From NCBI RefSeq assembly GCF_009914755.1, contig NC_060931.1: a stretch of 64,000 bases of DNA; one strand, given 5' to 3'. The notes beneath the pieces are model-generated. The model was given only the letters and a program-made list of their open reading frames with translations. It ran no database searches and was not told the DNA's origin. Source of the DNA: the human T2T-CHM13v2.0 reference genome, Homo sapiens. Shown piece by piece: positions 14,770 to 40,499 of this stretch. Position 1 is the first letter of the stretch; every line of letters begins with the position of its first letter. The translations under genes and the position numbers were made by a program.

Positions 14770-15659
14770 TCAAAGCCCTGGGTCCTCTTCTCCCGTGTTA
14801 GCCTTGCTATGTGCTCTTGGGGGTGGTGCTTCACCCCTCTGGGACAGTGAGCTTCACGTACCTGACTCTGGGCCATGCAGGGGCCAGGCTGGGCCTCCTG
14901 ACACCCACTGGACTCCCTGCTAGCAACCCCAGTTCCCAGCTCCCATCCCCCACCCTAACTTCCAGGGCAGACACGATGTGTGCACTGGGGAGTGGACACA
15001 GGGCTCTCTCCAGCTGGGTGGAAATGGGACCACCCCCTCCTTCCTCACCCCCTCCCCAGACACTATCCACAGCCCGGATGGGCTTTCATCCACCTCAGCA
15101 GCCAGCCTCCCACCCTCTCCCCACCACCGCAACCAAAACTGCTTCTGTGGATGCCTACTGGCATGTTTTGAAGTTACCTACACATTTATTTCAAGGTCAA
15201 CTAGTCCTGAGCACCTCTGGGGAAACCTTATACCACTCTCCTTTTCCCCCAGGACTCCCCAGGGAGCAGGAGTTCTCAGCCCTGGTGCAGGCTGGAGCCA
15301 CCTAGGGAGCTTTGAAAACTACCCATGCCCACGAGGGACAGAATCGGGATGATGAAGATGTTCTAAAACCGGATTACGGTAACGGTTGCACAACCTGGGA
15401 AACTTAAAAATCATTCAATGGTACACTTAAAATGGGTGAATTTTATGTTATGTAAATTATATCTCAATAAACTTGTTTAAAAAAAAATACCCAGGCCTGG
15501 ATCTATCACTGAACCATTAAATCAGAATCTTTGATTTGGGGCCTGGGCTGAGATTCCTGCTCTGGTGTCACCGTGGGGACATCTCTTTCCACTGCCACCA
15601 TCACTCATTCACCCTGGGAGAAGAGGAGTGACCCCCCCACCCCAACTCATTGATGGGCA

Positions 15660-16390
<731 letters not shown>

Positions 16391-16554
16391 CTCCACCCAG
16401 CACAGTGGAAATGCTAGCCGAGTCAACTGCATTAAAGCCGGTCGTCCCATTACCTATATTACATACACACTTTCTTGGGTAGACTACCTTATTTATTTCC
16501 AGTTAAATGCAATTTTTATTGTCCAAATTTCCAACACTTCTCTTAGTTTCCTAA

Positions 16555-16815
<261 letters not shown>

Positions 16816-16911
16816 CCTAACTCATTTTTTTTTATTGCAGCTTTAGCTCAAAAGCATCTTCACCTACATGCCCCTGCATGTGGACATCCAGTACCAAATA
16901 TTCTCTTTTTA

Positions 16912-17256
<345 letters not shown>

Positions 17257-17919
17257 CTACCAGAGTGGAGTGGGAGGGAATCCACAGAGTCAGACCCTTG
17301 CCAGTGGGTTCACTCTCATTTAGCAGAGAGAAATCTCTGTTTGTCCTCTTCTCTCCAGGTTCCCTGCCTCGGCTCCTGCGTGAGCTTCCAAGGGCTGGTC
17401 TCAGGGGTGGGAATCAAAATGTTTAACCACAGGCCCTGACCCATCAGCCCAGATGCCTGCTGTAAACAACCAGAGCTTTTTCCAGGCACATGTTGACCTA
17501 GCTGGTCTCACACAGGGCAGCATCAGCACTTCCAAGAAGTTCTCCTGGGGCACTATGCTTGGAGACAGTTTCTGTGTGAGCCTGTGAACAGCCAGTGGTG
17601 CTTAAAATCATGGGCCTCTGGCCAGACTATTCAACATTAATCGTAAGTGCTTAAGAAAGGTTGGTGTTAGATGCCAGACACTGTTCTAAGCTCTTGGTGT
17701 ATAAGCTCATTAATAACTCACAACAGTCCTAGAAGGTGGAGAGAAGATTGCCATTGTCCCTATTTGGCAGGTGAGTTTAAGGGACAGAGGCCTTACCACA
17801 GTAACACACAGTTGGTACGTGGTAGCACTGGGATTGAAGCTGTGTGGATTTATCTCTAAAAAATGGGGTCCAATCCCTCCATTTTACTACCTCTTCTGTT
17901 TGAAAACATCACATATAGG

Positions 17920-18623
<704 letters not shown>

Positions 18624-19379
18624 CTGAAAAAAAAAAAAAAAAAAAAAAAACAGAAAAACCCACACCATATTTACCAAGTTGCCATGGGCAAAGTTCTTAA
18701 TTTGACTCCAGGTGAAATGAGAAGGTGAAGAGAAGAGATTCTAAATGTGGACAGATGGGAGGGACACAGAAAGAAAGCATGAAGTAGGATTAAGGATTAA
18801 GTTCAGAGGGATTTTTCATTGTTGTTTATATGAACGTTTTTGTGAATTGTGGAGCAACTACTGGATCTGCAAATGGAAAACAGGTTGTCGGGGAGATGTC
18901 TCTAGAAGTAATGGTTTTAAAAGACAGAAATTAAACATATAGTATTTTACTCCCATTTACCTGCTTTAGGGTTTGGAAAAATTGGGAGTACCAACTCTGA
19001 AGAGATGGCAGGAGCACAAAACTCTCATCTCCTCTACCAGGTTCTGTGAGGGGAGATTCCAGAGTTGGGCCAGACCTAGGCAAGGCTCAGAAGACAGTGG
19101 ATCTGAGCAGAGCTGGGCCAGGGAGCAAGCCCTAGGCTTCTGATCACTTTGCAGCTAGAGTATGTCCAATTCTATCTTTCCTAAGACTGCACAGGAGAAA
19201 CTTGACCCCCAGAGTTTGTATACTTGAAACCTATATTAGCCACTTACCTATTTATAACATATGGTAACAAGCAATTTAACCAAAACCCTTAGGTTTTCTA
19301 GGACAATTTCATTAGAAGCTGAATATTTATTCTTAGCAAGATAAAATCAATAGAAGTAATAATAACAACAAGAATAACT

Positions 19380-19808
<429 letters not shown>

Positions 19809-20759
19809 TTATCTGGTTGCTCTAGACTGAAAGTTTCCAGAAAATAGGTACCATGTCATGGCTGCTTCGTGTTTTTCTAATAGCCATATGAAATGGAAGC
19901 AACTGGTTTATCTATCAGTTTGCATCTACAAACCTCCTCCCCGTTCTTCACCCAAGTACCAGGAAGCTGCAGCAACTCCCATCTGGGTACCAACCAAGGA
20001 GATTTCTTCTGTGAGAGGAGGAACAAACCCTAGATAATGCATTCCTCTTCCTCTGAAATAAAAGCAGAATTAGACTCTGTGTTTACCCTGACCCCAGTCT
20101 GCATAGGACATCACCAAATGTCTCAAAGACACCCTGGTTCTGGTGAGAGGGTCCCCAGTGACCCTGGGTTGATGGCCCATGGTGATCCAGGCAGGAGAGA
20201 CTTGGGCTGTCCCTGTGGGTTCAGAAGACAGAATGAAGTCACTCTGGTAGGGCTGTAGATCCTGGATCCAGATGTGGTATTACTTGTCCCTGATCAGCTA
20301 AGAGGAAGGGCAAGAATATCTTACTCCAGTATCACAGTGTGCAGCTAACTGTTGTGATCATGGCTCTAGAGATTCTGTGGCTCTGACCTCCCATGGTCAA
20401 GGTGCTTACACTTACAGATTCTACCACCAGACTCTTTTCACACCAGGAACCTCTCATGCAACTGCAGCAGGTCACTGGACAAAATCTGAACAACTCAAAG
20501 GACCCCACTCTGAAAAGGGGGCTTCACAATGTCTATGTTGACCTCTCACGAGGCAGAAGATGTCTCCCCTGGGTTTTCTGTTCATCCTCAATTCAAAGTC
20601 TGGCCCTGTCTTGTGAATCCCAGGTGGAAGCCAGCTCTTATGTGCAGATTCTAGGTGGGGTCAACCTGGCTTTGTATTCGTGGATATAACAGCAAGCAGA
20701 GTAAAACCAGAGGAGACTACCCCCCATGGAGGCTGCTCTAACACATTCTATAGGACACA

Positions 20760-21535
20760 CTGATCAAAAGGAAGAAGTTGAAGCAAAACATAAGCAGAGA
20801 GTCTGGGCCAGGCTAGAGGATTGCCACCCAGGAACATACATTCAGCTTGCCCTGAATACACATTTCAATTAGTAGCAGTTACAACTGGATTTTTTTAATT
20901 TTTTTTTTGAAGACAGAATCTTGCTCTGTCGCCCAGGCTGGAGCGCAGTGGCACGATCTCGACTCACTGCAACCTCCGCCTCCTGAGTTCAAGTGATTCT
21001 GTCACCTCAGCGTCCTAAGAACCTGGGACTACAGGCATGTGCCACCACACCCGGCTAATTTCTGTATGTTTAGTAGAGATGGGGTTTCACCACATTGGCC
21101 AAGCTGGTCTCGAACTCCTCACCTCAGATGATCCGCCCACCTCAGGCTCCTAAAGTGCTGGCATTATAGGTGACTCATGCCTGTAATCCAAGCACATGCA
21201 TGAGCCACTGCACTTGGCCACAACTGGATTTTTAAAGACAAAAATGGGGGCAGGGAGTGGGTTCATATAAAGTTGTCAGAAATTCTCACTGATTTACAGA
21301 AATAACACTTATTAGTGACTGGCTATATAGTATGTGGGTTATTAGTGATTGGCTATATAGTGTGTGGGTATAGGTATTGTTAGTTTGTGGTAACAGCAAG
21401 AAGTTTTAAGAGATGAATATATAGCTCAAAGTGGGGAGTAAAACCTGTGATTGCCATCTCAATTTAATGTCTCTCTGGGCCTGATAATTAAAAGGACTTG
21501 CAGTTTTATGATAAAAGTTCTCTTCTTTTCTCAAA
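20760..21535 (-). mobile_element. ERV1-class LTR (MER93-like) interrupted by an antisense Alu (~20890-21218)
   Basis: aaaggaagaagttgaagcaaa...ttgccctgaatacaca...agcagttacaactggatttt; Alu TSD acaactggattttt; 30-bp tandem duplication at ~21309-21368. Confidence 0.65.
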
Positions 21536-21872
21536 TCCCAGGACCTAAATTCAGAATTTGGAGCTGCAGATTTAAGTTTTGAAGGGGTGGGGAACTAGCA
21601 GGTGCCCTCTGCAATTTGTGGGCATTGGGGCAAGAGGAGGAGGGGGAAGCTTGATATTCTCTGGCATACTCAATGCACATGTGTGATCTGATTGGGATCC
21701 TGGGCTCCATTGCCTCCTAATCAGTTTCAGATCTGAAGATGCCAGAGTGCTGAAGGACAGAGGTGGTATGGCTGGTCGCTGCCCTGTGCAGTTATTTTGC
21801 TGCAAACTGGTCAAACTGCTCTAGAAGGGAATGCAGATCTCAAATACACAGCAAGAGTATTCTGCTAGCTGA

Positions 21873-22373
<501 letters not shown>

Positions 22374-22732
22374 TAAACCAGACCATGACATAAGTGACAT
22401 AAAACCTGCTAAGAGATTACAAAGACAGAAAGAAGATAATCATAATTATCCCTCAAGTAGAAGACCTGGCAGCACCATTTGTTCATCCTAAATTCACATG
22501 GCCAGTGAGGGCATCTTGGGTCATTCCCAGACAGTTGTGGCAAAGGACACATAACCCATCAAGTTTCCAGAACAAAAACCTCAACCCAAGGACATTCTGA
22601 TAAACTGTCAGTTCCCTGTACCTAGGGAAGATCAAAGGAGAGGGACAAAGATTATTTACCGTGGAGTGTCAAGGAACAATTCCCTGATTTCCTCTCCTAT
22701 GAAATGTTTACAAACAAAAGCCAAGTCTTTAA

Positions 22733-24815
<2,083 letters not shown>

Positions 24816-24883
24816 GAGTGCCATCCAGTGCTCTGTGAAAAAAAGACTAACAATTAAAATACTGTGTCTAAAGTGTACAATAA

Positions 24884-25196
24884 GCCAGGCATGATGGTTC
24901 ACGCCTGTAATACCAACACCTTGGGAGGCTGAGGCAGGCAGATCACTTGAGGTCAGGAGTTCGAGACCAGCCAGGCCAATGTGGGGAAACCCTGTCTCTA
25001 CTAAAAATACAAAAAAAAAAAAAATAGCTGGGCGGGGTGGCAGGAGCCTGTAATCTCAGCTACCCAGCTACTTGGGAGGCTGAGGCAGGAGAATCACTTG
25101 AAACCGGGTGGCGGAGGTTGCAGAGTGAGTGGAGATCGCACCACTGCACTCCTGCCTGGGCAACAAGAGCAAAACTCCATCCAAAAAAAAAAAAAA
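24884..25196 (+). mobile_element. AluS element with TSD aaagtgtacaataa
   Basis: Full Alu, TSD on both sides. Confidence 0.9.
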
Positions 25197-25734
25197 GTGT
25201 ACAATAAAGGACTAGTTTTTACTGAGAGCCTGAATTAGGCTGGGGGAGCAGAGTGGTGGATTTAAAAAAAAATCAGAGTGGGCGATTTGAGACATGATGT
25301 GTCAAACACACATACAAACAACACACAAAATGCAGGGGAAAACCAGTCCCCCAGTAGAGTATTAAAATAATTAAAAAGCAGAGAATTTGATGGAAGTGGC
25401 TCTAATGCCCTTGGATCTTACAACATACAAACAAAATAAAATCGAACTAAATGTATTTCTTGTAAATTACTGCCTTAGGGAAAGCAAAATTCAGGCTTAA
25501 CCAAACCTCCTGTCAATCTCCAGGAAATGTCCACCTGGAGAGTTGAAATAAGGCGACTACCTCAGTATCGTCAGTTTTGAATTTGGATTTGGTCGGCTTC
25601 CTCATGCACTTGATGAAAGCCTTTCCTCCCAGCCCCTCCAGTAGCCCTAAAAACACAAACCATGGCTGGGTTCTCTCCAATTCGTGAATCACTCTTTGCT
25701 CAACTAAGCTTTTTAACAGTTTTAATGGAGCCTA

Positions 25735-26030
25735 TTTTTTTGTTGTTGTTTTTGAGACGGAGTCCTGCTCTGTCACCCAGGCTGGAGTGCAATGGCGCAA
25801 TCTCTGCTCACTGCCCTCCACCTTCCGGGTTCAAGCGATTCTCCTGCCTCAGCCTCCTGAGTAGCTGGGACTACAGGCGCGTGCCACCACACCTGGCTAA
25901 TTTTGTATTTTTAGTAGAGACGGGGTTTCTCCTTGTTGGTCAGCCTGATCTCGAACTCCCGACCTCAGGTGATCCGCCCACCTCGGCCTACCAAAGTGCT
26001 GGGATTACAGGCGTGAGCCACCATGCCCAA
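25735..26030 (-). mobile_element. AluS element
   Basis: Antisense Alu; explains ORF 25662-26093. Confidence 0.9.
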
Positions 26031-26089
26031 TTGTGGTTTTGTTTGTTTGTTTGTTTGTTTTTTGATTTTTTAACAGGAAAAAGGAGGGA

Positions 26090-26770
26090 CTAAGGACCCC
26101 ACAGACCACAGCTCCTCCCACCCAGGAATGCGGCACCTCGAGTTGGGATTCTCCCCTGAAGATTCCCCAGAGGTCCCGCACAACTTGGGGAAATGCGGGG
26201 CTGTGGGCGTGGAGCTGTCCCGGGAGGGCTGGAGCGAGCCAAAGTCACCGACCAGGGACCAGGCGAGACTGGACGCCCGGGCTCCCGGCGGCCGCCTTGC
26301 TACCATCTTGCACCTTAGCAGACTGAGGGCGGAGCTGCGCCGAAGAGGACTCGAATCCTGGTCCCTGCACCGACCGCGAGGAGGCCCGGGTTCCCCCCAC
26401 AGCCGGTTCCGACCAGGCGCCTCCGGCACACTCACCAGTGGTTGTCTTCTGTGGTGTCCCAACATCTTCCCAAGGGACCTTCCAGTACCTGCAGGTCCCA
26501 GGTCCACGGAGGCAATGGCAGAGTCACGTGGAGCCTCACGGAGAAAACCGGACGGAGCAACGGACACCAAACCCGGAGCTCCACGGGTCCGAAAACTAAA
26601 GACCCCGCCATACAGTGGAAGGCTGCCCCTTCCTCCTAGTGGACAGTTCCCACACAAGCGCCTCTGATTGGATAGGGCTCCGGGCGCGGCGCGCAGGGCC
26701 CTGATTGACAGAAGCTGTGTTCTGGCCTGGGACAGGAGGCCCGAAGGACCGGTATTTGGCTGGCTCCACT
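26090..26770 (-). promoter_or_regulatory. CpG-island promoter of the KRAB-ZNF pseudogene
   Basis: CpG-dense stretch; CCAAT box (ctgattggatag ~26664, second ctgattgac ~26701), ggcggggtcttt motif near the presumed TSS (~26610), as in ZNF91-family promoters. Confidence 0.8.
26436..26610 (-). pseudogene. Exon 1 of the KRAB-ZNF pseudogene (ATG at 26465, MLGHHRRQPL)
   Basis: gacctgcaggtactgg...aagATGttgggacaccacagaagacaaccactg|gtgagtg; 30 coding nt, phase 0, compatible with the KRAB-A exon. Confidence 0.8.
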
Positions 26771-27607
26771 CTTTGCTCCAGGGCTTCCTTCCAGTGCTGG
26801 CACATGGCTCCTCCAGGGGAACACGTACATTTAAGCAGAACTTGGCTGTGCCTTTCTGGGTTCCACTGTTGGCCTCCTGCACTTCCTGAATTCTTCCTGA
26901 CGTTTGTTTGGTCTTTTGAGGTGGCAGCCTGAGCTTTGAAAAGAGGCAATTCTTTAAGGCAGCAATTTCCATTAGAAAAAAAAATGTGAGCCATGTGTGT
27001 CATTTAACTTTTCTAGTCACTGCTTAAAGGAAAAGGAAACAGGCTGGGCATAGTGGTTCACACTTGTAATCCCAGCACTTTGGGAGGCCAAGGCAGAAGA
27101 ATCACCTGAGGTCAGGAGTTCGAGACCAGGGGGCATACAGTTATTAATAAAGTTTTCTTTGGTAGGAAATCTTAGAAACTCACTCTATATTTTAAGTTTC
27201 CAGCACATCTCACTTAAAACCAGCCACATTCCAGATGCCCTACGTGGTCAGTGGCTGCCACGTTGAAGCACAGCTCTGAGAGCACTGGCTCCCCTGACTT
27301 AAGGGGAGGTGAAGGCCTGAACTCTCTCCTTTTCTGCCAGAGGCAAGGGAACACCCCCTTCCTACCAGCATCTCCCCTCGGGCTGATAGGTGGGAGAGGT
27401 GGTGCCCTGAAAGAGAGCATGGGGCTCACAAGCAGAAAGTGTCCACAGGTAGACAACTGCTACCCATCTGCTGCTTGAGGAGGGGCCATCCTCCTTCCAG
27501 AAACCAGACAGTGAAAAAAGAATGATGAGGCCCCAGGAGGATGAAATCCCATGTCTTCAGATGTGTCCACAGCCCTGACCTCCAGAGTTTAGATGTGGAG
27601 GTAATAG

Positions 27608-27814
<207 letters not shown>

Positions 27815-27964
27815 TGATATAGAAAATCAGTACCTGTAATGTGCTGTTTGTCAGGGAACTTGTAATTAACCTGTTCTTGAATCCTGGCATCCTATCTGTA
27901 ATGAGGGTATGTATTAGTTAACTATGCCTACATTAAAAAACAAAACAAAACAAAACAAAAACCA

Positions 27965-28735
<771 letters not shown>

Positions 28736-29224
28736 TCACTTTGCCTTTTCTTGCAGACAAGGTTTATATACATGTTCCAAGTCAAGAGACTTGTCCAAAA
28801 CTGTGCAACTACTAAACTGCTGGGCTGGGACTCAGGATCACCCTCACCTGATTTCAAAGCCCATGAACCTCCATAGGCCATGCTACTTATGCAGCATCCC
28901 TGGGCTCTCAAGTTTCTAGAGAATGACTCTTCTGCAGAAGAAGCAGGATTCCATTGAGATTCTTATCCATCTAGCCCCCTTCACTGCTCTTGGAATAATC
29001 CCTCCACAAAATGCTTCTGAAGACCCTTGAAAGGACATGAAATAATTTGGGGGAATGGCTGAGTTTAGGAAATCAAGGCCCAATATTTTATTTTTCATTT
29101 CTCACCATAGAAGAAATTTAAAAGCATGTATAATGCACTCCATGTGTCTGCAAATTCTTTTCATCCCTTTTTGGTATCTAGGCTGTTTCCTTTCAACACA
29201 GACTAAATCAAAATACTGCACCTG

Positions 29225-29520
29225 GGCCAGGCGTGGTGGCTCAGGCCTGTAATCCCAGCACTTTTGGAGGCTGGGGCGGGCAAATCATGAGGTCAGGAGA
29301 TCAAGACCATCCTGGGCAACATGGTGAAACCCCATCTCTACTAAAAATACAAGAATTAGCTGGGCATGGTGGCGCGTGCCTGTAATCCCAGCTATTCCGG
29401 AGGCTGAGGCAGGAGAATTGCTTGAACCAGGGGAGTCGGTGGTTGCAGTGAGCCAAGATTGCACCACTGCACTCCAGTCTGGTGACAGAGTGAGACTCCA
29501 TCTCAGAAAAAAAAAAAATA
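29225..29520 (+). mobile_element. AluS element with TSD aaaatactgcacctg
   Basis: Full Alu, 15-bp TSD. Confidence 0.9.
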
Positions 29521-29569
29521 CTGCACCTGAAACAACCTGTTACTCTGAAAACAAGTGACATAGAAATAG

Positions 29570-29935
<366 letters not shown>

Positions 29936-30164
29936 CATCTTTTGATTTTACAGGCCAGAACTGTTTTCCAAAAGCCCAAACTCAGGAGCATCCATGAGGG
30001 AAAATACCAGCAGTCCACATGGAAATCATGTACATTTAATCCATCCTTCACACTGAACCAATGAACATTACCCTTTGCTTCACATCAGAATCACTGGAGG
30101 TGACAGGTGGGCCAAAAATCTCCCAAAGCCAAGTTGCAAAAGACCAATAAATCAGAATCCCTGA

Positions 30165-30395
<231 letters not shown>

Positions 30396-30939
30396 TGATT
30401 ATAGTGTGCAGCCAAGTCCCCAAAACTTACCTTACACCAACATCTTCTGGTGAACTAGTTGTAAATGTTTTCTCCAATGAATGCAAAAATATTGGCTGCT
30501 GGATTTTGGTCTTCCAGACCTACCTGCGTTACCTATTTAGCATCCTTTGTAGGAATTGACTTCTACTACTCATTTTGTTTCTGATTCAACCCAGTTCCAC
30601 AAGCGCCCTACTGTATGCACAGGGCCCTGTGCTAGATTCCCTAACCTTGCTGAGCATCATTATTGGGAGAGGACTTTGCTGGGGAGAAATGCATCCCCCA
30701 AAATGCACACCATACCACTCACCAAATGCAAGCAAAAATGGAAAGACCCAGGAGGTCACTCGAATGTTGGAACATGAATAGATACTTCAAAATATTAAAA
30801 TCCATCTCATGGTGACCTGAGCAAATGTGTTCCACTTTAAAACAAAACAAACAAGCAAATAAACAAAATGCTGCCATTATTCTCAGGCGCCGTGTTAGGG
30901 TTTTTCTGCAAATATGTAATATTTAAAATTTTTATTGGT

Positions 30940-32352
<1,413 letters not shown>

Positions 32353-32861
32353 CTATCTCTGGACTAATTTTTTTTCAACATACGTTACTTTTGCCTGGAA
32401 TCATATGGTCTGTATTACTTTCTGTCCACCCTGTCAAATTTAGCAGGTTTAGGAGAGTCATCCCGGTGCATGCTTCAGTAGTTGGTTCCTTTGTACTGCT
32501 GAAGAGTATCTTGTTGTATAATTGTCCTGTAATTTGTTCATCCATGTGTCTTTCTGCTTTAGGTTATTATGACTAAAAGGTCTATGAACAACCTTGTATA
32601 ATTTTTAATATTTAATTTCTTTATTAGCATTTAAGTGACACCTCTTTGCATTTTTTCTTGGTTGCTCCAGGGTTTGGAATATGCACCTTTAACATACCAC
32701 AATCTATGTAGAGTTAATACTGTGCAATTTTAATCAATGTACATTATAAAAACTTTGCTCTGGAACAATTTTATTGAACTCATTCTATTTATTGTGCTAT
32801 CATTACAAATTTTACATCTGCTTGATATGAATTACACATTACAATGTTATCATTTTTGCTA

Positions 32862-33580
<719 letters not shown>

Positions 33581-34739
33581 TTAAAAGAAAAATTAAGTAT
33601 CTGCCTGATATTTGGAGGCCGATGCTTTGGCACTGTACAAATTCACACCGTTCCTAGAATTTTCAGTCACCATTTTTGAATTGTTCAGTGAATCTTGCTT
33701 ATAATAATTATTACTGTGGTGTTCTAGTGATAATTTTATATCTGAATTATCTATCTATAATGTTTAGTATTCTGGAATTCTGCAAGGAAAATTTTAAACT
33801 TCCTTCCTTCCTTCCATTCTTCATTCTTTCCTTCCTTATTTACCTAATCTTTTTTATATCATATGAACTCATGGATATTTATTTTATTCTGTGAGTTGTA
33901 GTTCAATGCTATCATCATTTCATTGTTCATATTATTCCAGCTTGGGCTATTGGGATGTCTGCCAGGTAAGCTCGTTTTGACATCTCTCTTTTTTGAAAAC
34001 CACTTTTCAACTTTCTGGCTCTACAAGAAACTCTACTCAGCTTTTCTATTTTCCATTTTCAGCCCTAGAATTATCCATTTTTACAAGCTTTGTTTCCTTT
34101 TATTAAAGAATGGTATTTAGAAATCAAGATCTACAGAGCTAGTTGTGGTCATTGATACTGGGATATAACTGCTTCTGGACCTCTCAGGAGACTGACTTTG
34201 AAATTGTGTATATAAATATAAACTCAAATATGCCCACGTCTATCTATCTATCGATCGATCGATCAATTGATCTATCTATCCATCCATCCATCCACCCATC
34301 CATCCATCCTGAATGTATGTTTACAGTAGACATGGCTTCATTCTGACATTTCCAACTTCAGTCCAGAACCATGGGTTTTTTCTAACATTCTTCCTTTGTT
34401 TATGTGCAGCTGTTTTACAACTATATTGAGAAATGGGCAGTAATTGTCTCCAAAATATATTCTAACATATAAAGTAGTTTCAGAATTACTAACCCATATT
34501 CTTGCAGGAAACGAATTTACCAACTAGATTCCAGTGTTTGTATACAAACTTGAGTCTTACAGCCTTCAATCAAAACACTGCTTTCCAAAGTTACTTAGGT
34601 CAGGACTCTATCTCCACACTTTTAGGGGTGATTATACATTTGTAGTACAGTTAGACTCATTTGTCACTCTCTGCATTCTATCTGAATCCCCCAAAAATCC
34701 TAGTAAATTTTTAAAAATTTGCATAGTATAAGATTCACT

Positions 34740-35038
<299 letters not shown>

Positions 35039-35044
35039 CTCTGA

Positions 35045-35370
35045 GTTGTATATTTTATAACAAACTGGTAAACTTAAGTAAAATGTTTCCCTGAGTACTG
35101 TGAGAAGTTCTATCAAATTATTGGAAGTGAGGGCTTATGGGAGCCCCTGATTTATAGACAGTTGCTCAGTATAGATGGGCCCCAGAGCTTGTGACTGGCA
35201 TCTGCAGTGGGGGCAGTTGGTGGGACTGAGCCCTGAACTTGTGAGATCTGTGCTAACTCGGTGGTGACAGAATTGAATTGGTGGACAACCAGTTTGTTTT
35301 GGAGAATTGGTTTGTATTCAGCAAGCTGCACACATTTGCTGTCAGAAGTGTTGTCAGAAAAAAGACATCA
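35045..35370 (+). mobile_element. MER21-like LTR fragment
   Basis: aaactggtaaac...gtttccctgagt...gcttgtgactggcatctg...gggactgagccct...agaattgaattg. Confidence 0.65.
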
Positions 35371-35371
35371 C

Positions 35372-35904
<533 letters not shown>

Positions 35905-36051
35905 CTAGAAGTGAGCTACCCTGGGCTCCATCTCCATGGTCAGAGTGGTTACTAAGCTTGGGCCTGTGTTTAGTCCAGAGTATGAGCTTCCTTATGAACG
36001 GTGGATGAAACAGGCTGTTTCCCTTTTTGTTTTGTTTTGTTTGCTTTTTAT

Positions 36052-36083
<32 letters not shown>

Positions 36084-36086
36084 TGA

Positions 36087-36194
<108 letters not shown>

Positions 36195-36369
36195 TAGCTT
36201 GGATTACAGGTGTGTGCCACCACACCCGGCTGATTTTTGTATTTTTAGTAGAGATGGGGTTTCACCATGTTGGCCAAGCTGGTCTTGAACTCCTGACCTC
36301 AGGTGATCCAGCTGCCTTGGCCTCCCAAAGTGGTGGGATTATACGTGTGAGTGACCGTGCCCAGCCTGG

Positions 36370-39004
<2,635 letters not shown>

Positions 39005-39415
39005 GCCAGGTGCAGTGGCTCACACGTGTAATCCCAGCAATTTGGGAAGCTTAGGCAAGTGGATTACTTGAGCCCAGGAGTTAGAGGCAAACCTGGACAA
39101 TGTATTGAAACCCGGTCTCTACTAAAAGTACAAAAATTAGCTGTATGTGGTGGTGCATGCCTGCAGTCCCTGCTACTCAGGAGGCTGAGGCAGGAGGATC
39201 ACTTGAACCTGGGAGGTCAAGGCTGCAGTAAGCAGTGATCATGCCACATAAAGATGGGAACAGCAGACACTGGAGACCACGGGGAGGGGAGAGGGAGTGG
39301 GCCAAGGGTTGAAAATCTACCTGCTGGGTACTATGCTCACCTACCCCAAACCTCAACATCACACTATACACCCATGTAAAAACCCTGCACATGTAACCCT
39401 TGAACCTAAAAGATG
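39005..39415 (+). mobile_element. Truncated AluJ joined to an L1 3'-end fragment
   Basis: Alu to ~39247 then gatgggaacagcagacactgg...ccctgcacatgtaacccttgaacctaaaa. Confidence 0.75.
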
Positions 39416-40087
39416 ACATTTTAATGAAATCAAATATTTCCTCTTTATGGATGCCCAGTCATAGTTGAAAATTTTAGGTATCTAGAAGGATTCAGTAGTG
39501 AACTATGTTTATTCAAGACTTTTTAGGTTAATATGTTTTTAAATTTTTGTTTTGCAACTTTATATGTTGATATCTCATGGTTTAGGATAGGCTACCTCAT
39601 TTTACTTAATTGTGTTTTTGTTTTGATTTATATATTATAATTCTGTATGACAATGTTCAACTTCATACACTTTAAGCCAGTGTACAGCAAAAGTCAAATA
39701 TGAACCAGCCATACGTCTATTGCCACCATAATTATTTTTATGTTTGTTTGCCTGTATAAATATTACCCACATTTTAAAAATAATTTGTATATAATTGTTA
39801 TTTTGGTTGGTGATAGATGGTTATTTTCTGTGCGTCAGTGAGTAGTCATGGAAATTGTCTTACTTTCCAAACCTGTTTATTGGTGAATATGTATGATCTT
39901 GTGTGAGAAACATTTTGTGATTTGGAGGTAAGTTTTGAAAAGCTTCATAACTCTATCTATTGTAATTTTATTTATTTTTATTGTCAAAATACACACCAAA
40001 ATGTACAATCTTAACACTTCAAATTATGTAGTTTAGTTTATGTTACATATATTGACACCGTTAGCAATATATCTGTAGAAAGTTTTC

Positions 40088-40468
40088 TATTTTTATGTTA
40101 TTTCATTGAGACAGAGTCTCATTCTGTCACCCAGGCTGGAGTGCAGTGGTGCAATCTTGGCTCACTGCAATCTCCCCAGTTCTTATTTTCCTTATTACAC
40201 TTAGTTGTCTGTGTTCCCATGTTACATATTGAGCATAATTGCGGTGGTTATTTTGATTTTTTTTCAGATAATTCTCCTGGCTCATCCTCCTGAGTAGTTG
40301 GGATTACAGGAATGTGCCACCATGCCTGGCTAATTTTTTGTATTTTTCGTAGAGACGGGATTTTACCACGTTGGTCAGGCTGGTATTGAATTCCCAACCT
40401 CATGTGATCTGCCTGCCTTGGCCTCCCAAAGTGCTGGGATTACAGGCGTGAGCCACCGTGCCCAGCCT
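40088..40468 (-). mobile_element. AluS interrupted by a ~95-bp templated insert
   Basis: Alu breaks after ctcactgcaatctcc and resumes at aattctcctggctc. Confidence 0.85.
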
Positions 40469-40499
40469 AGAATGTTTTTATCTTGTGAAACTAATACAC

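Noticed and set aside
26070-26972. 300-aa ATG-initiated minus-strand ORF across the CpG island
   Set aside because: No recognisable domain; long ORFs are expected in GC-rich DNA; it starts upstream of the presumed TSS and reads through the exon 1 donor.
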